Shown piece by piece: positions 26,501-39,300 of a DNA stretch of 64,000 bases. Every line of letters starts with the position of its first letter. Position 1 is the first letter of the stretch. A program made the translations under genes and the position numbers. The stretch is taken from NCBI RefSeq assembly GCF_018977255.1, contig NW_024704743.1, positions 35,714,001-35,778,000 on the forward strand, given 5' to 3'. This stretch comes from Callorhinchus milii (lineage: Eukaryota). The notes under the pieces are model-generated. The model ran no database searches. It was not told the DNA's origin and worked only from the letters and a program-made list of their open reading frames with translations.

Positions 26501-29500
26501 AGTTGAACTCTCCTACTTTCTAGCGCAGTCAGTTTGAGTTGTGCCACGCACGTCTGATTACTGGAAGGAGTCCCCACTCGGATTTCTTAATCAAAGAAAC
26601 CCTGTGAAGAAGGAGTGCAGAGTTTAACACTGCGTATGTGCGTTCTTATAAAGCTCTCCAAGGGGTTACCCTGCATGAAGGGTGCTAAATAAATACAAGT
26701 TGTTGTGTGTGTGTGTATGTGCGCTCACACAAGCCTACTTGATATCTTGCAGATCCTGATGACGGGTTATCGTTGAGTGTGAGGAACTATTTTAACAGCC
26801 ACATCATTATAATTCTGCAACTTTACCAAATTGTACCACTAACAGATTATTTCAGTTCAACCATTTTCTTCCCAGGAGTGGGAACTAACTAAAGTGAATG
26901 CTGACGAGTTCAAAATAACTAAAGAGACAAATTTAGAGCTTCCTGCTTCGTGTGTTTCTGCTTCTGTTGGTGTTTTTGTTTCGGTGCGTGTGTGTGTGTG
27001 TGTTTGTGCGGGTATCTGTATCTTGGTGAATGCATGTCTATGTTTCTGTGTGGGTTTTTGCATCTGTATATATATATATATATATACACATATATATGTG
27101 TGTGCGAGAGAGAGAGAGAACCTGAGAGATGTGAGCGTTGTGACTGAGGTTGGGTTCTGGTTTAGGGCCTCGCTGTGCTGCTGAGATGGCAGAGGCAGTA
27201 GCTGCTGATGGCAGACAACAGATGCAGGCTTGCTCCACACACCCAGTGCTGGAGGAGCCTTTGGCAGTTCCCACAGTTTTAACTGTCTCCATTCTGAAGG
27301 AGCGATTTTTAAAAAAAAAATAAAAGGTGACTGCTGCAGGGCTTAGGAAGGTCATCAGCAGGCCAGCCGGGAAAGCTGCTTTATCCAGAGCCCTGCCTGC
27401 CTTTTTTTTTTACCCCCTCACGTACACTTTGCACTGAGTGTCCTGCTAATCACTAACCTATCAAAACAGAAACGATTATGCATGAAGACTGCAATCCCAT
27501 CTTAATCATATGAGCTACCAACTGCCCGGGGAGGGGAGGGAGGGTGCTTGGCTTAAATACTCCTTTCACAAAAGGTGGAACAATGCAATATTGCATGCGT
27601 CTCCTTCCTAACGTTTCTTTAAACGCTGTCTCGCATTGATAAAATCAGTTCCATTTTATCTCTTATCCTCTCCCCCTCCCCAAAGAAATGCGAACACATA
27701 GATAGGATCATAATGGTAATTATATTGATGGTAACCGATTCAGATATTTGAGAACAATTGATCTCCCAGTGTGGGTAGCTATCTTATCAGAAGTTGTCCT
27801 CGTCTCAGCAATCACATGGACCTGCTTCACGTCTCCCACCCCTCCATCGCTGGGCAAGCTCCGAGCCATGTGGCCCCCCCCACTTCTCTCCGTCCCGGAG
27901 TCCCTGCATCTCATCAACTCCCTTTCCACTTTCAGACTCATCTCTTCGACTGAATTGTCAGCCACATTCCCCCTTCCCCGCCTTCTTCCTTTCTTTCAGC
28001 CCCCCCTCCCCCGATTCAGGCTCCAGACAGTTGTGTGAAGCGCTTTGAATTGAGAAGTCCTCACGACGTGACAGACTAAATAAATGTAAATTGTAATTGT
28101 GAGAACCATCATTTCTACAGGAGCCATTAAGCAAGAAAAAAACTTTTCTCTCTGGGTGTAAATGTGCTCAGGGTAGCAACAGCAGGGAGGCCAAGGCCAG
28201 CCAGCCAGCCAGCGGTACGGGACCTGTTAAAACAAGCAGAGCTCATGCAGACTAGCAGTTTGGGAAATGCTGACTCAAACTGTGAGCGAGCGATGTTTCC
28301 ATCACTGTCCTGTACTAAATGCAGTGCTCTCCTCGTTCCAATTACAGGGTGGGGTCACGTTGGCAGGAGCCTACTTCATCTTTGCATAGTGGAGTCAGAG
28401 TGCTGCTGCAGGTTTGCCACACTCGTCTGTTTCCCTTTTAAAAACCTCACTTGCTTGCTATTGCGCAAATTGGTTGCCGTGTTCGCCCCCAAAACACAAA
28501 GTCACTCCACTTGACAGTAAATCCTGTGAAGCGCTTTGGGACATCATCCCGACTTGAAAAATGCTATATGAAATGTAAGGATTATTATTACTGCGTCTTT
28601 TCTGCTGCTTTTATTTCCCACCTTGAAGTTTGTAATCAGCTATGTGAATGAGAAAAGAAATTATGAAACAAAGTCACAGAAACTTTGTAACTTTTTAAAA
28701 ATAAAAGTTTATTTTTTAGTCGGCTAGTTACCTGGAGCTTGTGCTTTACAGTTACGATAATGATCCTTTCCCCACTCACATTCTCTGTCTTACTAACTTT
28801 CTCCCTCTCCCTTCCCCCTTCCCCCGCTTGTAAAATCATAGAATCTTACAGCACAGAAGGATGCTATTCGGCCCATCGTGCCTGTGTGGCTCTTTGAAAG
28901 AGCTACCAACTAGTCCCACTACCCCGCTCTAATCTAATAGCCTGCAGATTTTTCCTTTTCAAGTACTTATCCAATTTGCTTTTGAAAGCTACTATTGAAT
29001 GTGCTTCCACCGCCCTTTCAGGCAATGCATTCCAAATCGTAACATCTTATGTTGCACGGTTTCTTTCCCACCCTCTCTTGAAAGTGCAGAGACAGGGTAG
29101 GTTACGCAGGTACCAGCTGGCTTCCAGTACCTCACCTGGGTGGCCATGTTTAATGCATGAATTTAGACAACCAAGGAGGGGTTGCTAAGGGAAGGATCAC
29201 TCTGTCTAGCATTGATTGCTTAAAATATTGTTCTTTTGGATGGCAAATCCTACTGTAAGGAGATTGCTATATTTAGTGATTGGCGTATGATAGGTTCCGG
29301 TCACTTGTCAGCAGATCCTTTGAACATTTTAGGGTTCAGAGCCGAGCCCTGTCCTCACCGAGCATCCAAGTGCATTCTTCAGCAACAGCTGCTGGTAGTG
29401 ACTGAGAGCAAGAACCCTTGTACTGAGGCCAATTTATAACCCCCACCACCCAGACTGAAAACAGCTGGCTCAACTCTGTACAAAGGACGGATTGCGCCTT

Positions 29501-29989
29501 TATGGGCTAGTTTCAGACGAGGCAACAGCTCAACCAAACTGACCCATCCAGGCAGCTCGGCTTTAAGTTTAAAGCTAGAAATTTGAGGCTGTATATGTAG
29601 GCGTGGAGGAACAGACAGATCTTTGTTTCAGCATGATATTTGTGGCAGTATATTGAGACTGTAGAACACTGGGCATACTCAAGCAGTGACTTCCCAGAGG
29701 TGCAGGGCAGTGGCAGCGAATTACTCCCTGTGTGTTTTGCACTGAAGATTCCTTAGATTAATGATTGAATCGAGGAAAATTATGGCTAGTTCTGATACCT
29801 GATGACAGCAGCCAGCTCTTCCCTTAGTGATGACTACCCTGGTTACTTCCTCACCCCGCCCAGCAGTAAAATGCTTCTCATACCCCATCAGTATCGTGCC
29901 CTTCAGACATGAGCTGAGCATCTGGATAAAACATTGTTTAAAGCACTGAAGTGGTGTAGATTGATGTCTGTTGACTGGCTTATAGAGTA
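23542..29989 (+). repeat. segmental direct repeat copy 2 (A' 23542-26043, B'' 26044-27475, C' 27476-29989)
   Basis: Base-by-base match to 15672-22107; diverges after tatagagta at 29989. Confidence 0.97.
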
Positions 29990-31589
29990 CCACACCGCAC
30001 GCATTACCCAGTCTGAAAGCAAAGAGGATGATGCGACAGGAGATCAGGGAAGTGTAATGGACATAGTCCCCAGGGGGTCAGCGTGTAAACTTTTGTTACC
30101 CACATTGTGTAGATGAAAGGACTCTGGTGTGTCTCATTCTCTGCCTGGCTCATTGTCTCTCGGATAAGAAAAGGCCTTTACCTTTACAACTTTATAATCC
30201 AGCTAGTTACTCAAGCGACCCAAAGGGATGAAAAGCATGTCTGATTGCCGCAGACTGGATTAGGGATCCTTCCTTTGGACTGTTTTTGAAGCCAGTGCTG
30301 CTGTGTATCTGCACATTACTGGGCATTAGTTTCACAGGAGCTTTTGCTATTTGTGCCTTGGCAAAGTGGCCATTATTCACGTGGGAGCTTTGAGGCTGAG
30401 TGTTGACAGGATATTCAACCATGAGGTACGTCTCTGCCTAGCTCGATCCTGTCCTCGCCTGAAGGCCAGATATGTGGACATTCCAACAGGAGATAGCGGT
30501 CAGGGAGTGGGAACTCTGGCAGAATATCTTGTCCTGAGGAGTTTGACGCAAGCCATGCTCCTGAAACAACAGAGGATACTTTCTTCCCCAGTAGGGAGAC
30601 CAATGCAGGATCTTGCTCCCTCCTGGCCCCAGGCCATTGAGGCCAAGTGTAGAACAACAACAACTCACATTTATATAGCACCTCTCACATCGGGAGAATG
30701 TCTCAACATGCTTCATGAGGGTCCACGTACTGCTTTCTTGCTCAGGAATGGCTATTTCCACACAGACCAGAGATTAAAGCCAGCTCATTCTGGTCTGGAG
30801 GCCCAATACTGCACCACCCCCTGTGCATTCCCCCACTGAGCCACTGCGAAGTGACATACATTTACTTGATGACTGAAAGTACTTCAGTCACCAGCTCACA
30901 GGAGGAGGCAGCTGCAGACAATTTCTTCCCTCCGTTCAAATGTCTCTTGTTCCCGAATCTCCAGCTGTTCAAATGAGGCCGAGCCCTGTAAAACAGTGCA
31001 TGGTTTGTTTCATCCAGTGTCAATTATAAGCTTTTTCAAAAAATTACCACAGCTCAGGTTGCGCATGTGTGTTTGTGCATGTTTGGGTGCGCTCGCATGC
31101 GCGTGCGTACTACATGCTTGTGAGTATGTGTTGCGTTTCAAACATCCCAGCAGCATTTATAGACTGGGATGGAGAGGAGGAAATCGGGCATCACTATCCG
31201 AATGGTGCCCAGTGTATAGTAACTGTGTGAGGGGAAGGGAAGCAAACTGGATTCTGCAAGACAGACTTTTGTTTTTTCTGTGTATAAATATGAGCAACAT
31301 TTTCTGTCCTAATTGGTGCAGTAGTCCTAACAGGCTGGATCAATACAGAGGTTAAGAAGGTCCTCTGTTCAGAGACTGAGTACATTGTTTTCTTGCTATT
31401 TAAAAAAAATGGATTATGCTATTCAATTCTAATTGCTGTATGAAGAATGTTTGCTCCGTATGTAATCCAGCCAGTTAGATTGTGTTCTCGGACATACTAC
31501 GTCACATTGTGCCTTGGTTTAGTCCATTCACTAAGTGATCCAGTGCACTGGTGCTTCAGCCAGAGCGCTGTACTTTGGACACCAACAAC

Positions 31590-31900
31590 AAATTACATTC
31601 ACATGTCGAGAGAACGTTGGATAGTCATGGATTTGGACCCGAGTAGGGGATTGGGATCAGGAAGGGTGGAGGACAGAGAGGGTGAGGGTAGGAGGGTGAC
31701 CAAAGCGCAGTCAAAGTGGAGGGTTCTTGAGATGGACCTTGAAGGAGGCAAGGGAGAGAGCGAGACGAAGAGACTGTGTGAGGTACAAAAGGGTGGGGGC
31801 AGAGAGGCTAAAGGCACGACTGCCGATGATGGGGCAGGCCAGGCGGGGGATGTGGAACAGGCTGGAGTGAGGGGACTGATCTATATGGAGTGAGCAGGTC
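31590..31900 (-). mobile_element. L2 LINE 3' end, minus strand
   Basis: Reverse complement of the 18190-18530 element (ORF 31599-31817 LASLPPPF..SHSLF..LPPSRSISR). Confidence 0.8.
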
Positions 31901-32942
31901 ACAGAGATAGGGTGGAGCAAGGCTGTGGAGGGCTTTGCATGTGAATCCCTGCATGATAAGCTCACAGCTTCAGCCGTGCTGTTGATCTCTTGTCCGTGGA
32001 TCATGTGCATTATGTGGGGAGATCTCAGGAGAAAACTGGGAAAAAATAAAATGTCACTTGTGTTATTCCCTTCACATCTGCTCTTCTCCAGAAAGCTATT
32101 TTGTGTTCCACAGATGCCAGAAGATCTTTTATTCCCATGTCCTCAATTTTTCCCCATACCCCTTAATACCCTTTACTTCCCAAGTATCTTGGTATCTCTA
32201 ACAATGCTCTAAAGAAAATTGGGACATTCACTTCATGGCTGTTTGTGGAAATTAGCGGCCACATTCGCTAACGATATACATGGTCACTACACCTTACAGT
32301 TAATCCTATGAAACACTTTAAGACATTTTGATGACGTGATGAATTGTTACATCAAGGGTACGGATTATTATCTATCTCCCCTTTAAACATCCCACTGGAT
32401 TCTGCCCGGATGACATTCTTGGACAAGTGCATTCCAGATACTCACAAACCTTGTGTGAAGTAATGCTAGAGGAGCAGGCGTGTGTTATATTGGCTGCTAT
32501 GTAACCAACATAGAGGGTCGGCTGATTGGGAATGCGGTGCTTGAATTGCACAGGGCACGTAGGAACTGGCATAAAATGGAAAATGTTCACTGCTAACTTG
32601 GCAAATATGTTAGCACAGCAAGTTCTGATGAGGAATCAAGGGTTTGCTTCAAAACATTAACATTTTTGAACGAAATAATTTTGACACACTTGATCATCAT
32701 CCTTTACACACTATTTTGACTGTTAATATGAATGGTCAGTGGCACAGTACACTGTAGGATCTAAATCTGGCTTTGCCTGTGTCATTGTACTTGTTGTTCG
32801 TTTTCATTCTTGTGTTGGCCAACAACTACACAGTCACTACACCCAACAGCAATTACCCATAAACATCTTTGGGAACTTTCAACCTTCTCGGCACTGTATC
32901 AGAAGCCAGGATTATTATATATAGGGTTATTTGTCTTTCTAG

Positions 32943-33077
32943 TGTTGGATTCTGCGTCTGAAGAAAAGGATCCAGGGACTGCATCTTGTGCTAATTTGGA
33001 CACATTAGTTGATGCAAGTACAGACCAGGAAGAAGATGGTCCAGATTATCAGCCTGAAGCCCATGAGGAAAATGGAG
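32943..33077 (+). CDS. RREB1: candidate RREB1 upstream coding exon, 135 nt, phase 1-1, acidic (LDSASEEKDPGTASCANLDTLVDASTDQEEDGPDYQPEAHEENG)
   Basis: Acceptor ttgtctttctag|, donor ggag|gtaatc, open frame, 14 of 44 residues D/E, joins in frame to the exon at 36100. Confidence 0.7.
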
Positions 33078-33396
33078 GTAATCTGGCCTTGGTGTGGAAT
33101 ATGGTTACTGGCCCTGGACAGGTTGTATTAGAACAGGCTCTTGCACTTGGTGTGTAGGTCTGTTTTGACTTTGCTAGTCTGAGGGAGTGGATTACAAAGA
33201 CAGCTTGTACTGTGGCCAACACATCCTTCATGTAAGGGATTGTGTTGTGTGTTGACTGTAGTAGGTGCGGAGTGGAGGCCTGGACATTCCTGGAATGCTA
33301 ACAGACAGAACAGTCCTATAGGTGGTATAGGCTGCCCTCTTGGACTCCCATTTTCTCAGTTTAGGGATTGGTGTGTGTGGTAGATAACATTATTAT

Positions 33397-34008
33397 CTGC
33401 CACTCTCATACATGCCTTCATTACAACCAGGCTTGACTATGCCAAATCTCTGATGGCCTTCCCAACGCTTCCCTCCATAAACTGCATATCACCCAGAACT
33501 CTGCAGCTTGTGTCCTCTCCCACACCAGGCTCCGTGACCCCATCACACCCACCCTCGCCTGGCTCCACTGGTTCTCCATCCCTCAGAGGATAGAGTTCAA
33601 AATTCTCATCCTCACCTTCAAGGCCCTCCACGGCCTTTCCTCCTCCTTCCTCTCCGACCTGCTAACCCCTTATCAACCTGTCCACTCCCTCCGATCTGCA
33701 GGCTCCGACCTGTTCCATGTCCCCTACGCGACCAGCCTCACCATCAGCGATCGGGCCTTCAGCCTCTCTGCCCCGATCCTCTGGAACTCAAACCCACATT
33801 CCCTTTGCCTCGCTCCCTCCCTTGCCTCCTTCAAGGCACGCCTCAAGACCCTCCTCTTCGACCGTGCCTTTGGCTATCCTCTCTGCCCTCCACCCTCCCT
33901 GATTCAAACCCCTGCTCAGATCTTAATCCCTGACTGTTCAGCGCCTTGGGACGTTCTCTCGATTTGAAAGGCGCTTTACAAATGTAATTTTGTATTGTAT
34001 TTTGTATT
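33397..34008 (+). mobile_element. L2 LINE 3' ~600 bp (ORF2 C-terminus plus 3' UTR)
   Basis: Translates TLIHAFITTRLDYAKSL...ITQNSAACVLSHTRLRDPITPTLAWLHWFSIPQRIEFKILILTFKALHGL (L2 C-terminal motifs); hairpin AGCGCCTT 33940-33947 / AAGGCGCT 33968-33975, then tail. Confidence 0.92.
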
Positions 34009-36099
34009 AATAATCCTCGCGTTTGATATAGCAGCTATGATGTCCTTATGAATGTTGCTACAGCCTTCTGACCCATAGAAAAGAATGCTACCAACGACCT
34101 GTCTGTGAAATCTCTCATGGGCTCTCTATAATACTTCTAATGGCAGGTTTAGACAGTAGGCTAATGCACAATCTACCAGGAACGATTAGGAAATTCAGCA
34201 GTATAGAAAGAATAGTGAGGTTTACACAACTCTAGGTGGGCGGCTGGAATTAATTGAGCATTTGGGGATGGTGATCAAACAGGAATTCTCCCATTTGTGA
34301 AATGGGGTGTGAGCTTGTGGCTGTTGACTCACACTGACTGCAGGTTGTGCTCAGCCTGACAGGACAGGCTTCTTGCTACAAAGTCACTTGAGGTATTGTC
34401 AATACACCTGTACCCAACCCAGTGATACTGCTTGTTCTATTCCTCACCCCAAGTTCATCATTTAATGGGGTAACATTCCTGAAAAAACGTGCTCCTTTAG
34501 CAATTTTCTTTGGTGTGTACAACATGGTTGTGTGTGTCAGGAACTGTGGCTGGAATCTCTGATGGACTGTATGTGATATGTCTAATGCAGGTTTGGGTGA
34601 CAAAAGTGTTCTTGGTGGCAGCTCTGCTATTGATGGTACTTTGAGCGAGCTCACTGGTTGCTTCCATGGAAGCTGGTGTCATTGTACCCAGTGTAAACTG
34701 ACGTGTCTCTTGTGGGATTGTACAATGTATATTTTGTGGTATGAATAAAGTGCCACTCTGAGGGCATTGGTATTGACATGGATGATGATATTTTTAGCTT
34801 TTTGTGTGTTTTGGAGGTTCTCCATTGAAGAGCAGTTCAACCTTAGGTGACACTTTTGTGATGATATCAGTTAACATTGGAGAGGTTATTTATTGAGAAT
34901 GACAAAGTATTTCCTTTTACCTTTTTAATTTGTTTTTAGTGGTTTTAAACATTCTTTTATTGAGTTGAACCGTGCCGTACGTTTATGTTGTCTCTTGGTA
35001 GTGATATTTTATGAGAGGGGATCAGTGTGATTTATAAAGGTGTGGTATGTTCCTATATTCCTTGTATAATGGCCTACTGTTATTACTGAGGCTGAAATGG
35101 TAGAATTATTTAAGAGGGAACTGTATAATCACTTGAGCTGTAAAAATGGTAAAGGATATGGGGAAAGTGGAATTAAGTTTTGGAAAAAACGATTTAGAAA
35201 AACTAGTGCCAATGACATGATGGGCCTGAAAGCCTTCTTATGTCCAGAAAATGATTTTGTTTCTATAACTGATTGCTGATCAGGGGTTAATGGTCAGCTT
35301 GCAGCAATGGTCATGAAGATTGAAACTTGGCATAAACACACGACTGACCTGATCCAAATGTTGCCAGCATGTGTATTGTGTATCCACACACGCACACACA
35401 TTGATTAATTCATCTGTCCCCGTAAACACATTGGCTTGAAAAGCTCATGTTTGGTGAGGAAGGGGATAGCGGTTAGGGGTGTTCTCTCTTCCATCCAAGG
35501 GGTGGGATGGTTAGATACATCAGGACTATGTTTGGTTGAAGGTTCACCCACTGCCACTTTGCTCCCGTTCTGCAACTCCATTTCAGATTTCCTCTGTCTT
35601 GCCCTCCAAAATGCTAACCTAGGCGAAGGGCATTATATAAATGCAAGTTGTTGTTGTTGGCCCTAGACCTTTCTGCCTTCGAAAGCCGCCTTAATAAAAA
35701 CTAGCTCTCTGAGCCATCTTTTTAATTTCTGTAGGAACAATGAACAACTTCCAAATTAAGGTTGAATCCCAAGGTGAATGCTTTTACAGGCTACGACTAG
35801 GTGAAATTTTTAGGCTTCAGGAGGGGGAAGCCTATCTGATTGTTTCCTCCTTAATCCAGTATCATTGAGCCATAGACCAGGGAGCCAAGCTGGGACAGCT
35901 CAGCAACTCATTGGATAAATTTGCTGACCCATCAGGGAGTTCAGTGAGTGCTGTGATTTTTACTGTGTATGTGTGTGTGTGTCTGTGTGAGTGTCACATC
36001 TGTCTGTGTGTTTTTATCGTGTCTGTGTGATTTTTAATTAAGTGTGTTCTCTTCCATAAGATGTGTGTCTGATCCCTCACCTGGGCATTTGTGTTCCAG

Positions 36100-36308
36100 C
36101 AGACAGAGAGACTGAAGTGATTACAGCCTCCAAGGGGAAGGCGGTGACTTTGCCAAATAGTCCTGAGAACGACGACCTGTCTTCTGTGAAGTCCATGATG
36201 TCGACAGTAATGAACGTGGGGAAGCTCAGCGGGGATGCGTCCAGCCCTCAGAATCACAAGAGCCCCTCCAAGTCTTCCACATCCACTCGCCCTGGGAAAA
36301 AGCAGCAG
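36100..36308 (+). CDS. RREB1: RREB1 coding exon (..DDLSSVKSMMSTVMNVGKLSGDASSPQNHKSPSKSSTSTRPGKKQQ)
   Basis: Matches the recalled vertebrate RREB1 N-terminus (SDLSSINTMMSAVMSVGKV..SPQGIKSPSK..RIGRRNQ); acceptor gttccag|cag, donor cag|gtagga; first ATG at 36195. Confidence 0.92.
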
Positions 36309-39300
36309 GTAGGAATCAACTAAAGGTCAGGCTGGACTCGGAGTGCAGAGTCCTGAAATTCCTCATGGTCTTTGCCTTAACGACAGGAAAGCTGCTTCCA
36401 ATTTGAGACTGAATTTGGAGTTCAATTTCGCTTTTCGTCACTAAACCCTAGAATTCTGGAAACTTTTCCTATATCCCTCCAGCTTGCCCTTTCCTTCCCC
36501 ATCTTCAGGTCATGCCTGAAGATGTTCCTCTTTGACTGTGCCTACGTCATCTCCCCCCACTTCCCTGGCTTGGGTCGTGGTCCGCCACTGTAAAGCACTC
36601 TGGGATGCTACCCTGTGTGTGAGGTGCTGTATAAATACAAATTGTTGTTGTTGAGTTCTCCAAAATGTTGCACAATCATAGATTTTAAGGCTAAGAACAT
36701 GAGGCTTCAGTCTCTGGTGTATCTGGACACAGGACTTCTCCCCATGTGCCTGTATCTCGTTCTCGTACAGGTTCTTTTACTCATCACTTTACCATCAGCA
36801 TCGCTCAGCTAATCCCTTGCCCTCCCTGAAACGCAAATCGATACAATCCAATTGAGGACATTTCAGGACTTTGTGTAAATGGGTTGGACAAACCAATCTT
36901 AACTAAAATGGCAGAGTGTGCTTGTCTTCAGTGAGCACCTGGTTGCTCAGAGCAAAAATGTCCCAGATTTGGATCCTAACTGTGTTTGTTAATCTTATCC
37001 TGGCAGCACAGAGCATGCTAGCATTTTCCTTGGTTAAAAAGGGGGATGTTCCGAGTTATTGTCTGGACACCTCTGTTGGAAAACCTGGATGTAGATGCCG
37101 AGTGAGGAGAGAGGCTGCCTGCACATACTCTCTGTGATGGTTCAATAGCCTATAACATTTGCTGTCGAGGCTCACTCATTACTAATGTGAGGTCTGTTGA
37201 AAAATGTCCGTCACAATTGAAATTGACCACTGTAAAAGGAAAGAGGCCCTTTCGAACCAAATTGACAAATAATATTATGTTTGATTTCACAAACCATTTA
37301 AAGGTTGTGACTAAACGGCCATACAAGTAATTCAATGTTTGTGGGGGTTGGGGGTGGGGGAGAACATTAAAGATTCCATGACACTATTCAAAAAGAGAGA
37401 AATTTTTTTGCACTATCCTGACCAACAGTTCTCTAGATAAAATTAGTCATTCACTTCATGACTTTTTGTGGGAAATTGCTGTGTGCAAATAGTCTGTTGG
37501 TTCGCTTACAGTTACTATACTTGGCAGCAATTTCCTATAATCGTTTTGACTTTATAGGAACTATATCAAATGCAAGGAANTTTTTTTATATTCTTATGTA
37601 GAATATACACAACTCCACTCAAGACAACAGAACTACAAAATAATCTGCTCCAGATGCTCTAGAAAGCATGACAGAGCCAGAAATGGGATGGGTCAAACAG
37701 GGACATTTTGGCAGACTTTTCAGCCCCACAGTGTAGAAGTACTGATTGTAATTTTACCTCTTTTCTTTCATCTCTTACCCTCCAAACTGAATAGTTAGCA
37801 ATCGGTTGAATTTATGGTGGTTACAAGACTCATTTCTTTGGCAAAGGATCCTTATGGGTACGATTTTATTCCTTTGAGTTATGGCAGAAAGATGTTGTTG
37901 GAAATACATGTTCAGGTGAGGCAAATGAATGGGATAAATTCTCATCCCCTGCTCCCTCACACTGAGCTCTGCTTGTTGCATGGACACTGCCACCCTCTAG
38001 TACCTATTCGCTCTCTTAGGCCAGCACACATGTGCACACACACACACACACACACAGAAGTTTCCAGTAGTTTCAGGAACAGGAGCCTTGAACTGATATG
38101 TATTTGCTCCTTGTTCCTGCTCCGGAGACTCTTGAGGACAGATGATAAACACCTACCTGTGTGAGAGCAGTTCACTTAGCGCACAGTAGAGTTGCCTCTG
38201 GTCCTCCTTGGTCATCTGTTTCTAAAGCATATCAGAGTACATGTTCCCTCTGACTCAGTTGAGGGTTTCCTTAACCTCGCACCATGGGGGATGGGGGGGA
38301 AGATTGATGCAATACATTGTGCCACAATTTTACATCAATTCAATTATTAGTATTTAGAGTATTGAACGATTGTGCAAAACAGTACACCGAGGCTCAGTCA
38401 GACTATTTGTGAACGGAAAGCTCAAAGCTTTTTTACTTCTGACATATGTTTCAAACAGTTCTTTTGGGCCTTTTATATGTTTTTTACACAACTGGAGTGT
38501 AGAAAAGTGAACCCCCAGTAGCAGCTGTTGTTACGGGTAAAGCACTCACACTTTTCACTGCAGAGTTAAACGTACAGTACTCCTACTTGTTTGGTTGGCC
38601 TGCCCGATGCTATGTATGTGCTGTGTGTACAGGTATGGGAGTTAGCATTGCTCCTGGTTAATGATAAACTGCAGAGTCAATATTAATCAGGGCAGGTAGT
38701 GCTGTGCTTGAGCTCTGATCTTCAATCCAAGGTTAAACAGAGGGAAAAAAACACATTTGGTCAAATTGTTAAAGCAAAAGACTAAGTGTCTCGGAGTGCG
38801 GGCTGAACTGTAACCTTTACCCAGCACTCTCGTCTATTGAACAATACTGTAATTGGGTATTAAGGGGTATGGGGAAAAGGCAGTGGTCATGTGGTTCAAA
38901 GATAGGCAACAGGTGAATCCTATTAACTCTTTATTTGTAGTATTTTTGGGAGGAATCCAGTGTAAACTCTTTTCTGGTCCCACAGAGGCTATGTGATACT
39001 GTCAATCGCTCACAGCAGTGTCACACCGTGTGTCAGTCACTCACACTCTGCAGGCCATTGCTGGATTGTAAACTTGCATCACCTCTTGTGCACAGGGTCA
39101 GAGGTATTTTTAAATCAGCGGCAGAGGTTCTGAGCTCATGGCAGCCTTGCCATGGCAGAGCTCCAAGCCCTGCGTCCTGTGGCAGTGAAAGTCAACTGCT
39201 TCACGTGGGTTTAGCAGTGGCCCTTTGAACAACAGTGATGTAACTTCTTTTTTAATCAACGATCTCCATTTAGAGCTGAAGAAACCTGATGGTTACAAAC

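Noticed and set aside
30351..30839. 162-aa ORF
   Set aside because: Composed of SINE-like fragments and an L2 tail insertion; no protein-like signal
37580..37580. Single N base
   Set aside because: Assembly ambiguity inside a SINE tail, not biology
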